From contig CATNEN010000025.1 of assembly GCA_950097015.1 (NCBI GenBank), positions 3,534,001 to 3,598,000 of the forward strand: a DNA stretch of 64,000 nt. Reading direction: 5' to 3'. The position numbers and the translations under genes are program-made. Shown here one piece after another: positions 44,790 to 57,894 of this stretch. The stretch is from Macrostomum hystrix. Lineage: Eukaryota > Animalia > Platyhelminthes. Below the pieces are notes generated by a model. That model saw only the letters and a program-made list of their open reading frames with translations. It had not been told where the DNA came from and searched no databases. Position 1 is the first letter of the stretch; every line of letters begins with the position of its first letter.

Positions 44790-45350
44790 GCGATTCCTGT
44801 GACGATTCCAGCTGCAGCTCTAACTGCGACTCTAGCGACGATTCCAGCTGCAGCTCCAACTGCGACTTTAGCGGCGATTCCAGCTGCAGCTCTAACTGCG
44901 ACTCTAGGGGCGATTCCAGCTGCAGCTCTAACTGTGACTCTAGGGGCGATTCCAGCTGCAGCTCTAACTGCGACCCTAGGGGCGATTCCAGCTGCAGCTC
45001 TAACTGCGACCCTAGCGGCGATTCCAGCTGCAGCTCCAACTGCGACTCTAGCGGCGATTCCAGCTGCAGCTCCAACTGCGACTCTAGCGGCAATTCCAGC
45101 TGCAGCTCCAACTGCGACTCTAGCGGCAATTCCAGCTGCAGCTCCAACTGCGACTCTAGCGGCAATTCCAGCTGCAGCTCCAACTGCGACTCTAGCGGCG
45201 ATTCCAGCTGCAGTTCTAACTGCGACCCTAGCGGCGATTCCAGCTGCAGCTCCAACTGCGACTCTAGCGGCGATTCCAGCTGCAGTTCTAACTGCGACTC
45301 TAGCGGCGATTCCAGTTACGGCTCTAACTTCGATTCCAGTTGCGATTCCA
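44790..45350. repeat. 36-nt minisatellite between the convergent Not and Ddc 3' ends
   Basis: (CGATTCCAGCTGCAGCTCYAACTGCGACTCTAGCGG)n. Confidence 0.95.
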
Positions 45351-45979
45351 GCTATAGCTCCAATTAAAATTCTCGTGGAGTTTCTTTACAGCTTCTGCTG
45401 CGATTCTAGGGGGGGTATTTATTGAAACGGCTCTCGATACGGAGATTCGAGCCTTGCTTGAAGTCAAACTTTCAGATATTTTTTTTAGATTTCTGCTGCG
45501 ATATTTAAACGAAGAAATTGTTAAGCAAAGAGCAAGTTGCTCAGCATTGAGCTAATTCATATCCAATAAATATGGTCTAAGCAGGTAAAAATTAGTATAC
45601 TTAAGATAGTATACCTGTTTTAGTGACAATGCTAAAGTAAGCACTAATAATAGAGACACTGCCTAATAAAGAAATTAACATTAGATAAATAGTTGCTAAA
45701 ATAGAAATTTGAATCAAGACAAAAATGGTTTCCATCAGTGCCAAAACTTAGTAAACTGAGTAAAAAGAAACAGACTTTTCTATAACTAATTCACCAACAC
45801 CGAAAGATATGTTAACCATAGTACGCTCGTATGAGAATTTTCGCATGCATTCGAGTTTATTTTCGGAAAACCAGATCAGCCAATCCTGTCTTACTTCGCC
45901 TGCCAGAGCGCCTTTGATTGGTTTGTTCAGAAACGACGCCATTTTGTTGACTCCTTTTCATTGGTCAGCTAACATGACG

Positions 45980-48900
45980 TCACTGGCTAGACGAAACCTG
46001 ATTGGCCAGTTCAGATATGACGTCGTATGCGTAACGAACATCGGATTCCTCGCAGAATTCGGAGCAGACAGCGAAGCGGATGAAGAATTTGTCGCTCGAC
46101 TCGAATTCTGACGCAATCAGATGGATCCGGCCGTCCTCTCGGATGCGCCGATACAGCTCTCGACTGGGCCCGTTTGCGCCCTGTATGGCGATTTAAACTA
46201 ACTAGTTCAACGCAATGAGCGTATCCTTCTACGCCCCAAGCTCTAGATACGATTATTTTGGCGATTCTTAATATGGCTGCTGATACGATACTTAGGATCG
46301 ATTTTAGCGACGGTTGTCCTTACAATTCTTGCGGCGTTTCCAGATATGTTTTTTGGCAATTCTTCATTTGGCTCTATACACGATTCTAGAGTCGATTCTA
46401 GCTACGATTCTAGCTGCGATTCCTTATACGTTTCTAGCTTCGTTTCTTTAGGCGATTCTTCCTACGGCGCTATACACGATTCTATGGTTGATTTCAGATA
46501 CGATTCCAGATCTCTTACGATTCTAGCTGCGATTCTAGGGTCGATCCTAGATCATAAATAACTAGCAATGTAATAAATGAAAAAAAAATCGTACACTGCG
46601 TTAGCATATCCAGACACTTGAAGTTTATTCTATCGAAATTCTAGAAATTCCTTTCTTGTAGAGAATGACTCACTCAATGATCAATTGTTCACCGCAACAC
46701 ATCGTTCATACTTAGTACCTCCCACGCAAGCCTCACCTTCAATCTGAAACAGACTAGGCCAAGCACCACCTTCTCCACTATTTCAAAGCGCTCATCGGCT
46801 TTGACTAGCTCCTCAAACAGTTTGGCCAGTTGAATGTGCTGAAATAATAAATTTCAATAGTACAATTAAAACAAAAACAATTGCAGCTAGAGACATAAAA
46901 ATCATCGCGCCAACCTTCCTGATGTACTTTTGGAGGCCTTCAACGCCGTAGGTGCGCAGCACGAACCAGATTTTTAGCGAGCGGAACCTGCGCCCGAGCG
47001 GAATCTGCCAGTGCTGCGGGCGGAGAAAGGAAGCTTTTTCCGGGTTTATTTTTAGTTCTTTCTTTAACGAAAATGTAATTATTTGAATAAGTTTTTCTTG
47101 GAAATGTTTTATGTTTAAATTAGTGATAAAATATATATTCCAAATCCATGTAGCTCACATGGACACCCGATACTAAAAATAATGTCATCTAATCCGAAAG
47201 TCCGAGAGTAATAAGTCAGTCAGATTAGCCACATAATCCAGCACAGTTGTCCAGAATTATTATCCCGTTAATCCGGCACAATAATCCAGAATTATTATCC
47301 CGTTAATCCGGCAAAATAATCCAGAAATTTTTACTTATGGATAACAATTAACGGGATTAACCCGTTAATCCGGCATAATAATCCAGAAAGATTAGCCCCT
47401 TAATCCTGTGAAATAATCCCAAGGGAAAAACAAGTCTATCCGGTAGAATAAATCCAGATTGATAAAGAACGAAGTCAGCTTACCCGATAATCCGGCACAA
47501 TACCGCTGAACTCATGCTGCAGGTACACAGGATCGACATTGAAAGTGTCCACAACCTTTGACGAGTCTTTTAGCCACAGGGCCGAACAGTCGAAAGTGAT
47601 TTGCAGCCACTTGCCCGGATTGAAGTTGAAGGAATCCGCCAGCTGGTTTTGGAATTTGAATTTTATAATTCTTATTAATTGCTTACATTTTATACACAGG
47701 TTTCCATTGAAACCAGACTGCCCGGCTACCTCGATTCCGTTAGCGATGTGTCGATACTCGGGACAGATCAGGGACGCACCGGCATAAGCCGCGTCCACGT
47801 GACACCAGAGACCTTCGACTTTACCTGCCGTGTTTAGAGAGGCCCTTGGTGAGATCTGTGTTGGCTTTTGACGATTCAAGTAGAGAGTTAATTTTAATCT
47901 GGAAAGCGAAAGCTTACAGACTTCTCCGAGCTCGGCAAGATTGTCGAAGGCACAAGAGCTTGTGGTGCCCAGAGTGGCAACCAGCTGAGGATGAAAAATA
48001 TGTTGACTGGTACTGCAGGAATCCATCTCCCTCTCAACCCATAGTAGGACAGCCACCTCGCTATCTACCCATATTAGCACAGCCACCTCAATCTCTACCC
48101 ATATTAGCACAGCCACCTCACTATCTACCCATATTAGCACAGCCACCTCACTATCTACCCATATTAGCACAGCCACCTCACTCTCTACCTATATTAGCAC
48201 AGCCACCTCAATCCTCTAACCATATTAGGACAGCGAACTCATTCTCCGACCCATAGAAGGACAGCCACCTCACTCCACTACCCATAGAAGGACAGCCACC
48301 TCACTCCTCTACCCATAGTAGGACAGCCACCTCACTATCTACCCATATTAGCACAGCCACCTCACTCTCTACCTATATTAGCACAGCCACCTCAATCCTC
48401 TAACCATATTAGGACAGCGAACTCATTCTCCGACCCATAAAAGGAGATCCACCTCACTCCACTACCCATAGAAGGACAGCCACCTCACTACTCTACCCAT
48501 AGTAGGACAGCCACCTCACTTGCTAACTAAAAAGGACCCCTCAGTCTACATGCTACAGTCAATGAATTCTAGTCACATAAATGCCAACAAACCAGCATGG
48601 GCAGCAGACCCTTGGCCCGGTCCTCAGCAACCGCCCTGGCCAGGGTGTCGCCGCGCAGAGAGTGCTGGTCGTCTGTTGGCAGCTTGCGCAGTTGCACGAA
48701 GGCCAGCATGGCCGCCCTTTCCACTGACGAGTGACTCTAGACCCCAATGAGGGAATAGGAGAGAGATATTTGAATCTGGTTGTCATGCGGTTGCTAAGAT
48801 GTTTTAAACCGACAAGCCAACCTGATCAGACGCGTACGCCACTAGACGGGACAGCGCCTGACACGGCTGCGTGTCCGGCTGCTCAGACTGCAGCCGTTGA

Positions 48901-51665
48901 ATTGTGAGATTCCTGGCTGACAGAAATATCACTAGGCAGGCTTCGCTAGCTGAGCCCTGGATGACACCGCCGCCGCCGCTGCGACCTCCGCCGCCGCTTC
49001 CGCCGCCGGCCGGAAATAGGAAATGATCGGGCAGGCCGAGAGCCTTAGCTAGCCAGTCCATCATGACTGTCTCCAGCTCCGTACAGGCCGGACTGGCGAT
49101 CTGGACAAAGGTGCAGCCGGAAATTTGAAATTAGTCCTCATTTTTTCTTGAATGATCAGGAAAACACGAGATTTGTTTCGCGTTCTACTGTCAGTAGGAT
49201 ATCTAGGATAGTTAATTATAAAACTGGCTAAATCAACGGATTGATTCAGTTACCCAGGAGAAGCCGATGCAGCCAATCGCGTCGCTCAGCATGTCGGCCA
49301 GAATTGAAGGAAACGAATTCGCGGTGGGATAATAGGCGTGAAACTGCGGGTGATGCCAATTAGTCACCTTGATGAGGTTGGAGGGGAGATTTTATTAAAG
49401 TTTTGGTGTCTTAAGTTTAATTTATTCCTAAAGAATTAAGTGCTGACGTAATAATAACAGTAACAGTAATAGTAATAATAACACGTGTTAAATAGATAAA
49501 ACTCTAATATTTATGCTTGATCCCACAAGAATCACACCAGGAGATTGAGGCTAGATCACACAATAATCTCATCGGTAGATTGATTGAGGCTAGATCACAC
49601 AAGAATCTAAAAAGGATATTAGGGCAAGATCCTACCAGAATCTCATCGGGACATTAAGTCTAGATCCCACAAGAATCTCATCGGGAGATTAAGGCAAGAT
49701 CCCACAAGAATCTCACCGGGAGATTAAGGCTAGATCCCACAAGAATCGCATCGGGAGATTGAGGCTAGATCCCACAAGAATCTCATCGGGAGATTAAGGC
49801 TAGATCCCACAAGAATCGCATCGGGAGATTGAGGCTAGATCACACAATAATCTCATCGGTAGATTGATTGAGGCTAGATCACACAATAATCTCATCGGTA
49901 GATTGATTGAGGCTAGATCACACAAGAATCTAAAAAGGATATTAGGGCAAGATCCTACCAGAATCTCATCGGGACATTAAGTCTAGATCCCACAAGAATC
50001 TCATCAGGAGATTAAGGCAAGATCCCACAAGAATCTCACCGGGAGATTAAGGCTAGATCCCACAAGAATCGCATCGGGAGATTGAGGCTAGATCCCACAA
50101 GAATCTCATCGGGAGATTAAGGCTAGATCCCACAAGAATCTCATCAGGAGATTGAGGCTAGATCCCACAAGAATCTCATCGGGAGATTAAGGCAAGATCC
50201 CACAAGAATCTCAACGGGAGATTAAGGCAAGATCCCACAAGAATCTCATCGGGAGATTGAGGCTAGATCCCACAATAATCTCATCCGGAGATTGAGGCTA
50301 GATCCCACAAGAATCTCATCGGGAGATTGAGGCTAGATCCCACAAGAATCTCACCGGGACATCAAGGCTAGGTCCCACAAGAATCTCATCGGGAGATTGA
50401 GGCTAGATCCCACAAGAATCTCACCGGGACATCAAGGCTAGGTCCCACAAGAATCTCATCGGGAGATTAATGCTAGATCCCACAAGAATCTCATCGGGAG
50501 ATTGAGGCTAGATCCCACAAGAATCTGATCGGGAGATTGAGGCTAGATCCCACAAGAATCTCATCGGGAGATTGAGGCTAGATCCCACAAGAATCTGATC
50601 GGGAGATTTAGGCTAGATCCCACAAGAATCTCATCGGGAGATTGAGGCTAGATCCCACAAGAATCGCATCGGGAGATTGAGGCTAGATCCCACAAGAATC
50701 TGATCGGGAGATTTAGGCTAGATCCCAAAAGAATCTGATCGGGAGATTTAGGCTAGATCCCACAAGAATCTCATCGGGAGATTGAGGCTAGATCCCACAA
50801 GAATCGCATCGGGAGATTGAGGCTAGATCCCACAAGAATCGCATCGGGAGATTGAGGCTAGATCCCACAAGAATCGCATCGGGAGATTGAGGCTAGATCC
50901 CACAAGAATCTCATCGGGAGATTAAGGCTAGATCACACAAGAATCTCATCGGGAGATTGAGGCTAGATCCCACAAGAATCTCATCGGGAGATTAATGCTA
51001 GATCCCACAAGAATCTCATCGGGAGATTGAGGCTAGATCCCACAAGAATCTCATCGGGAGATTGAGGCTAGATCCCACAAGAATCTCATCGGGAGATTAA
51101 GGCTAGATCCCACAAGAATCTCATCGGGAGATTGAGGCATGATCCCACAAGAATCTCATCGGGAGATTGAGGCATGATCCCACAAGACCCCACAAACATC
51201 GAGATATTTAGGCTTGATCCCACAAGAATCTCACCGGAAGGTTGAAGTTAAATCCCTAAAAATCTTATCGGAGGATTAAGGCTTGATCCCACAAGAATCT
51301 CCCACAAGACCCACAAACATCGGGAGATTAAGGCTTGATCCAATCGAATCTCACCGGGAGATCAAGTAGCAATCTCATGAGAATCCAGAAGAGTGTGACT
51401 GGAAGTGGCGCAATACAAAATCGACTGTATCCAAATAGTTTCTAAGAATGTTAAGCAAGCTCACCCCAGACAGGACCAGGCGGTCCAGATCCTTCATGAC
51501 TTCGTCGAACTGTTCGCCGGCCACTGGAGGCTCAGCTGGCAGCAATGGCCGCAGGTAGCCAGGCCGAACATCTGGCGCCACTGGACGCTGGCGAAAGCTG
51601 GCAAAATAGTCGGCAATGAAGTCAACCATGGCTTTGCCCTGCCGTCTGAATTCTTCGCGATCCAT
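45980..51665 (-). CDS. Ddc: Aromatic L-amino-acid (DOPA) decarboxylase, 486 aa, 10 exons
   Basis: Exons 51465-51665, 49254-49367, 48822-49100, 48593-48736, 47918-47984, 47730-47824, 47484-47642, 46915-47013, 46737-46838 and 45980-46180 total 1461 nt in phase. Motifs include [34 protein letters not shown], the PLP-lysine motif NPGKW and [14 protein letters not shown] (Gly at the DDC-diagnostic position). Confidence 0.95.
48030..48520. repeat. 30-nt minisatellite in a Ddc intron
   Basis: (CAGCCACCTCACTATCTACCCATATTAGCA)-like units. Confidence 0.9.
49520..51350. repeat. 35-nt minisatellite filling Ddc intron 1
   Basis: (GAGATTGAGGCTAGATCCCACAAGAATCTCATCGG)n. Confidence 0.95.
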
Positions 51666-52319
51666 CGCCGCACAGATTTTGGTCAGCTGTTGTTAGTGTT
51701 AGACGCATGATTCAGCGAAATCCAATCCGAATTTTATATAGAAACCGGGGAGGGGGAGTCGGCCTTGTCAGAGCTGTCCGCAGAAACAACTTGAGCAGAA
51801 GATGAGTTTGTGGGGGCCAAACAGGAAGCTAAGCATATTTTCTTATCTTGGAGACTTGCTATTTGATATCTAGCCCCCACTGCCCGAGTCTCCGCTGGTC
51901 TTGACGAGCTATGCGATAGCCTAATCCTGCCAATTTGGAGCAACAAATCCTTGCTAACTCTCTCACTCTCACTGTCTCATTGCCCAGGGGGTGAGCGCGA
52001 AAGAAAATCGAAAATTGCCCCACCGAAACACCCGGGCCGCCTAGGGGTGGGTACTGTTTTTAATTGCTGTCTTGCTTTGAGACCATCTGGAGCCACACAT
52101 TTCACAGAGCTGCAATGCTAAAGCTTTCTTGCCTTAACTTGCTTTCGCTGGAAGGTCTGGCAATTTTTTCCAAGTCAGATCACATCCCGTTTCACATCTC
52201 TGTATCTGGTTTCTTGAGCTGCTTTCAAATTTTTGTTCCTCTGTGCACAAATTTTCCTTAATTCTCCGCCTTATCTCAGTTATTTACCCTATCTAACTCT
52301 TCATATCTCACCAATCTCA

Positions 52320-53870
52320 AACCACCCTCTGTCACCACCCTCTGTCACCACCCTCTGTCACCACCCTCTGTCACCACCCTCTGTCACCACCCTCTGTCAC
52401 CATCCTCTGTCACCACCCTCTGTCACCACCCTCTGTCACCACCCTCTGTCACCACCCTCTGTCACCATCCTCCCTCACTCTCTCAACACCCTCTGTCACC
52501 ACCCTCTGTCACCATCCTCTGTCACCACCCTCTGTCACCACCCTCTGTCACCACCCTCTGTCACCATCCTCCCTCACTCTCTCAACACCCTCTGTCACCA
52601 CCCTCTGTCACCATCCTCTGTCACCACCCTCTGTCACCACCCTCTGTCACCACCCTCTGTCACCACCCTCTGTCATCATCCTCCCTCACTCTCTCAACAC
52701 CCTCTGTCACCACCCTCTGTCACCACCCTCTGTCACCATCCTCCCTCACTCTCTCAACACCCTCTGTCACCACCCTCTGTCACCATCCTCTGTCACCACC
52801 CTCTGTCACCACCCTCTGTCACCACCCTCTGTCACCACCCTCTGTCATCATCCTCCCTCACTCTCTCAACACCCTCTGTCACCACCCTCTGTCACCACCC
52901 TCTGTCACCATCCTCCCTCACTCTCTCAACACCCTCTGTCACCACCCTCTGTCACCATCCTCTGTCACCACCCTCTGTCACCACCCTCTGTCACCACCCT
53001 CTGTCACCACCCTCTGTCATCATCCTCCCTCACTCTCTCAACACCCTCTGTCACCACCCTCTGTCACCATCCTCCCTCACTCTCTCAACACCCTCTGTCA
53101 CCAACCTCTGTCACCACCCTCTGTCACCATCCTCCCTCACTCTCTCAACACCCTCTGTCACCACCCTCTGTCACCACCCTCTGTCACCATCCTCCCTCAC
53201 TCTCTCAACACCCTCTGTCACCACCCTCTGTCACCACCCTCTGTCACCACCCTCTGTCACCACCCTCTGTCATCATCCTCCCTCACTCTCTCAACACCCT
53301 CTGTCACCACCCTCTGTCACCATCCTCTGTCACCACCCTCTGTCACCACCCTCTGTCACCACCCTCTGTCACCATCCTCCCTCACTCTCTCAACACCCTC
53401 TGTCACCACCCTCTGTCACCATCCTCCCTCACTCTCTCAACACCCTCTGTCACCACCCTCTGTCACCATCCTCTGTCACCACCCTCTGTCACCACCCTCT
53501 GTCACCACCCTCTGTCACCACCCTCTGTCACCATCCTCCCTCACTCTCTCAACACCCTCTGTCACCACCCTCTGTCACCACCCTCTGTCACCACCCTCTG
53601 TCACCATCCTCCCTCACTCTCTCAACACCCTCTGTCACCACCCTCTGTCACCACCCTCTGTCACCACCCTCTGTCACCACCCTCTGTCACCACCCTCTGT
53701 CATCATCCTCCCTCACTCTCTCAACACCCTCTGTCACCACCCTCTGTCATCATCCTCCCTCACTCTCTCAACACCCTCTGTCACCACCCTCTGTCACCAT
53801 CCTCCCTCACTCTCTCAACACCCTCTGTCACCACCCTCTGTCACCACCCTCTGTCGCCATCCTCGCTCAC
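52320..53870. repeat. 13-nt minisatellite (CCACCCTCTGTCA)n with an interspersed longer variant
   Basis: Visible tandem units. Confidence 0.95.
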
Positions 53871-55469
53871 TCTCTCATCATTCTTTTTACCTGTCAACCT
53901 CTTCGTATCCCCATCTCCCCTCGCTTTCTAACTGTCCTATTTTCTCTCTTTATCTCTGTCTCACCCAGTTATTCCTAGTCTCTAAGAGAAGCACAAAAAC
54001 AAAACGAGTTCAATTCAACTTTTTATTAGCTTTCCATTCCCAGAGTCTAATATTTCTACTACAAGTAGTACCGTAAGTAGTGTAGCAAAAATGTTTTTAA
54101 TAAAATTTGAAAAAAAACAGATTTATGCTTATAGTCGGAAAGAACCTTAAAGAATTTCAGCACAGATGTTGGGCGGAACGGAAGAAGGGATTATTTAAGC
54201 TAGAAAAAATCCCCAAAATGAGGTCATGATGGGATTAACACTGACCGGGAAGATTTTTTGGGCTTCTGTTCCCAAATTTGCTGGGAACTCTGCAAACGAT
54301 TTTTATCTTCAACTTGTTCTTTTTCCTCTGTCTTTAACCTTCTTCATCCTGTCTTCCTTAAAATATCTTAGTCTCGGCAGCCGCATGTGAAACAGATGGA
54401 ATAATACGAGTAATCCATCTAAGTTATCTAAGATACGAGTAATCGAGTAATAATGCGAATTTATTTAAACTGCAGCATTAGAAAAGTGCTTGCACACACT
54501 GCAGACTATGTGCTGATAGCATTTTTTCCGGTCAAAATTTACTCAAAATCGTGAACCCCAAACAGCATTTGAGTAAGTGCTCACCAAATTAGAGCTTAAG
54601 AGACGCAATTGATGTAGCTTGAATGCCTGTTTGTTCTGCCGAGTCCAAGACTGCATATTTGATTAGTTGAGCAAGCAGAATGACAAGTTATGAACAAATA
54701 TCCTAGTAGAAAATGCTAACATACGAGCGTATATAAGAGGGCCAAAATCTGCTTCACTGTTAATTCTAATCGTCCGAAATTATTTAATAATTGTCACCAA
54801 GGAAGCACAAGAAATCCGAACGAGCCTCAACAGTTTTTGCCATAGACATGTGCGCTAAAAGGTAAGGAATGACTGCTTGAATCATAGACATGTATGCTAA
54901 CCACAGCCTGCAGTTTCAACCATCGAAAGTTATTGAAACAATTTTAATTTGAAAACTTCGGCCATAGAATGAAGCGAGTGTCACCGTATTGAAGTTTGGC
55001 CATAGACATCTAAGCTTTTGTTTGTTTTCTTAATTATCGAAGGTTTAAGCCATTGAGTTTTTTCTTACAAAAAGGACAATTATGCAACATTAATAGTGAC
55101 TGTATCATAGATTACTTGAGCTGTTTTCAAGCTAATGACCTTTTGATGGTAGGCCTAAAAATACTAATTGAGTTCCTCTCTCCAAGTTCCGCTCCGAGAC
55201 ATCAGTGGTCAGTTTCGAGAGGATGGTCTAGTGAGGACGCGATACCATAAGGCATAGGGAAGAAAATTTCGCATAAGAGGAAATAAACTATGAAAGTGCT
55301 CTTATTGAGCATAACCAAGTGAGTCTGCTAGAGAGTCATTACATTAGAGGTGAACAAGCAGGTAAAAGTAGCTGGAATTAGTACTTCCAGGAAGGTCCAT
55401 CACAAGTAGATTTTAAGGTAGACGGTGGACAGCAAGGGTAGCTGCTACAAGGAGTGTGTGAGTTAGACA

Positions 55470-56070
55470 ACAGTAGAGTGTGAGGTAGACAGCATTAGAG
55501 TGTGAGGTAGACAGCATTAGAGTGTGAGGTAGACAGCATTAGAGTGTGAGGTAGACAGCATTAGAGTGTGAGGTAGACAGCATTAGAGTGTGAGGTAGAC
55601 AGCATTAGAGTGTGAGGTAGACAGCATTAGAGTGTGAGGTAGACAGCATTAGAGTGTGAGGTAGACTACAGTAGAGTGTGAGAGTAGACTACAGTAGAGT
55701 GTGAGGTAGACTACAGTAGAGTGTGAGAGTAGACTACAGTAGAGTGTGAGGTAGACTACAGTAGAGTGTGAGAGTAGACTACAGTAGACTGTGAGAGTAG
55801 ACTACAGTAGAGTGTGAGGTAGACTACAGTAGAGTGTGAGAGTAGACTACAGTAGACTGTGAGAGTAGACTACAGTAGACTGTGAGAGTAGACTACAGTA
55901 GACTGTGAGGTAGACTACAGTAGACTGTGAGAGTAGACTACAGTAGAGTGTGAGAGTAGACTACAGTAGAGTGTGAGGTAGACTACAGTAGAGTGTGAGG
56001 TAGACTACAGTAGAGTGTGAGAGTAGACTACAGTAGACTGTGAGAGTAGACTACAGTAGACTGTGAGAGT
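55470..56070. repeat. 21-22-nt minisatellite upstream of the Tob ATG
   Basis: (AGAGTGTGAGGTAGACAGCATT / ...GACTACAGT)n. Confidence 0.9.
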
Positions 56071-56131
56071 AGAAGTAGGGTGTTAGTTCGCACCGAAGCT
56101 ACTCACAGCTTTCACCGCTTCCAGCTGCAGC

Positions 56132-57714
56132 ATGCACTGCGAAGTTTCATCGGCCGTTGAGTTCATAGCTTCCCTTCTGTACCACCGGCTGCCTCGGCGT
56201 CGGGTTATTCAGCTAGCTGAGCAGCTCAGGCTAGACCTGACCGACCTTCTAGCCGAGCCTAATATTTCCTCGCCTACGTCGGCTTTCCCAGTCGGCTGTC
56301 TCCGAATAGACGGACCGAGTGACCTCGTGCTGACGCGGGCCGTCCAGGAGGTTGGCCTGCAGCCGGAGGAGCTGGCTAGACACCTGCCGGCGGGATTGTC
56401 GCTGTGGATCAGGCCAGGCCAGGTGGCCTACCGCGATTGCGAGGATGGTGAGTGGCGTTGCTTCAATAGCAGGCTTACTACACTACTGGACAAGGAGGTA
56501 GACGAGTAGTATGGAATGGGTGCGTTGTTTAATGATAATAATTTTTGCAGACATGCACATCATTCGCTGACAATAGACCTGCAGCCAGAGAGAAGGCATT
56601 TCTGCCCATTCCGCTGACACAGGTGTGTACATCTGTACATTTGTACATTGTACAACTATTTTCAAATCAATGTGACCTCGCCGCGGATTCGAGCTCAGGG
56701 ACCTTGGAGCGATTCCGCGGCGAGGCCACATTCATTTGGGGCGCAGCCGCGGAGAGAAGGCTTGGAGGCTTGTCGTGCAATTTACGCCCCTGAAGGCCAA
56801 CCTCCAGGGCACAGTGAAGTGTACACTGCCTGACCAGATGTACACACCTGTGTGAATGTATGCCTGCATGTGGTATCTGTGTGCGTGTCAGCGGAATACG
56901 CAGAATCGCCTCCTCACTGGCTGCGGGTCCAGTGTCACCAAATTATGTACAAGTATTACAGCACTACCGCAACTATTATTATTATGGGTAGGCTGGGTAG
57001 ATTGGGTAGACTGAGTAGATTGAGTAGACTGCGTAGATTGGTTAGATTGGGTAGATTGGGTAGACTGGGTAGATTAGGCAGATTGAGTAGATTGGGTAGA
57101 CTGGGTAGATTGGGTAGATTGGGTAAACTGGGTAGATTGGGTAGACTGGGTAGATTGGGTAGATTGGGTAGACTGAGTAGATTGAGTAGACTGCGTAGAT
57201 TGGTTAGATTGGGTAGATTGGGTAGACTGGGTAGATTAGGTAGATTGAGTAGATTGGGTAGACTGGGTAGATTGGGTAGATTGGGTAAACTGGGTAGATT
57301 GGGTAGACTGGGTAGATTGGGTAGATTGGGTAAACTGGGTAGATTGGGTAGACTGGATAGATTGGGTAGACTGGGTAGATTGGGTAGACTGGATAGATTG
57401 GGTAGACTGGGTAGACTGGATAGATTGGGTAGACTGGGTAGATTGGGTAGACTGGATAGATTGGGTAGACTGGGTAGACTGGGTAGATTGGGTAGACTGG
57501 GTAGACTGGGTAGATTGGGTAGACCTTGAATGAGTAGGTTGGGTAGACTCTTAACTTCTGGACTTCAAATACTAGAAAAACTGATGGACAATATGGCATA
57601 GTTAGACTGAGTAAGAACTGGTCTGAAGTGTTTTTTAATTAAATTATTAAAAAACTAATTTCAGAGCCACTGACAATATTGTATTCCGACACGGGTTCGA
57701 ACGCTAGTGCTCTT

Positions 57715-57748
<34 letters not shown>

Positions 57749-57894
57749 CATTGTTGCAAGCGAGTTACTATACACCGGAGGATTTTGCCCGAACAAAATT
57801 TGGTAGTACCAAGCTGAGAACCGAAAGGCGTCAAAGACATTGTCGAACAACCGGCAGCAATGGCGGCTTCGCTGGTGACCCCCGAAAGTTCTAG
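56132..57894 (+). CDS. Tob: Divergent Tob (BTG/Tob antiproliferative family) protein, 181 aa (exons 56132-56447, 57665-57894)
   Basis: LLYHRLPRRRV matches Tob LYNKLPRRRV. Box B-like LPAGLSLWIRPGQVAYR is present, and exon 2 carries the Tob motif FARTKFGSTK after a polyQ run. The GT-AG intron is phase 1 at both ends. Confidence 0.85.
56520..56985. mobile_element. Head-to-head pair of SINE family 2 copies (56520-56708 -, 56710-56985 +)
   Basis: An internally deleted reverse copy directly abuts a forward copy inside the Tob intron. Confidence 0.75.
56985..57530. repeat. 9-nt minisatellite (GGGTAGAYT)n in the Tob intron
   Basis: Visible tandem units. Confidence 0.95.

Noticed and set aside
44767-45425. 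Cys-rich or Ala-rich repeat ORFs (SCSSNCD; IPAAAPTATLA)
   Set aside because: This is a 36-nt minisatellite open in three frames between two convergent 3' ends, with no independent coding support.
49520-51350. CRISPR-like array of ~35-nt repeats
   Set aside because: The units are directly adjacent with no unique spacers and no cas genes; the context is a eukaryotic intron.
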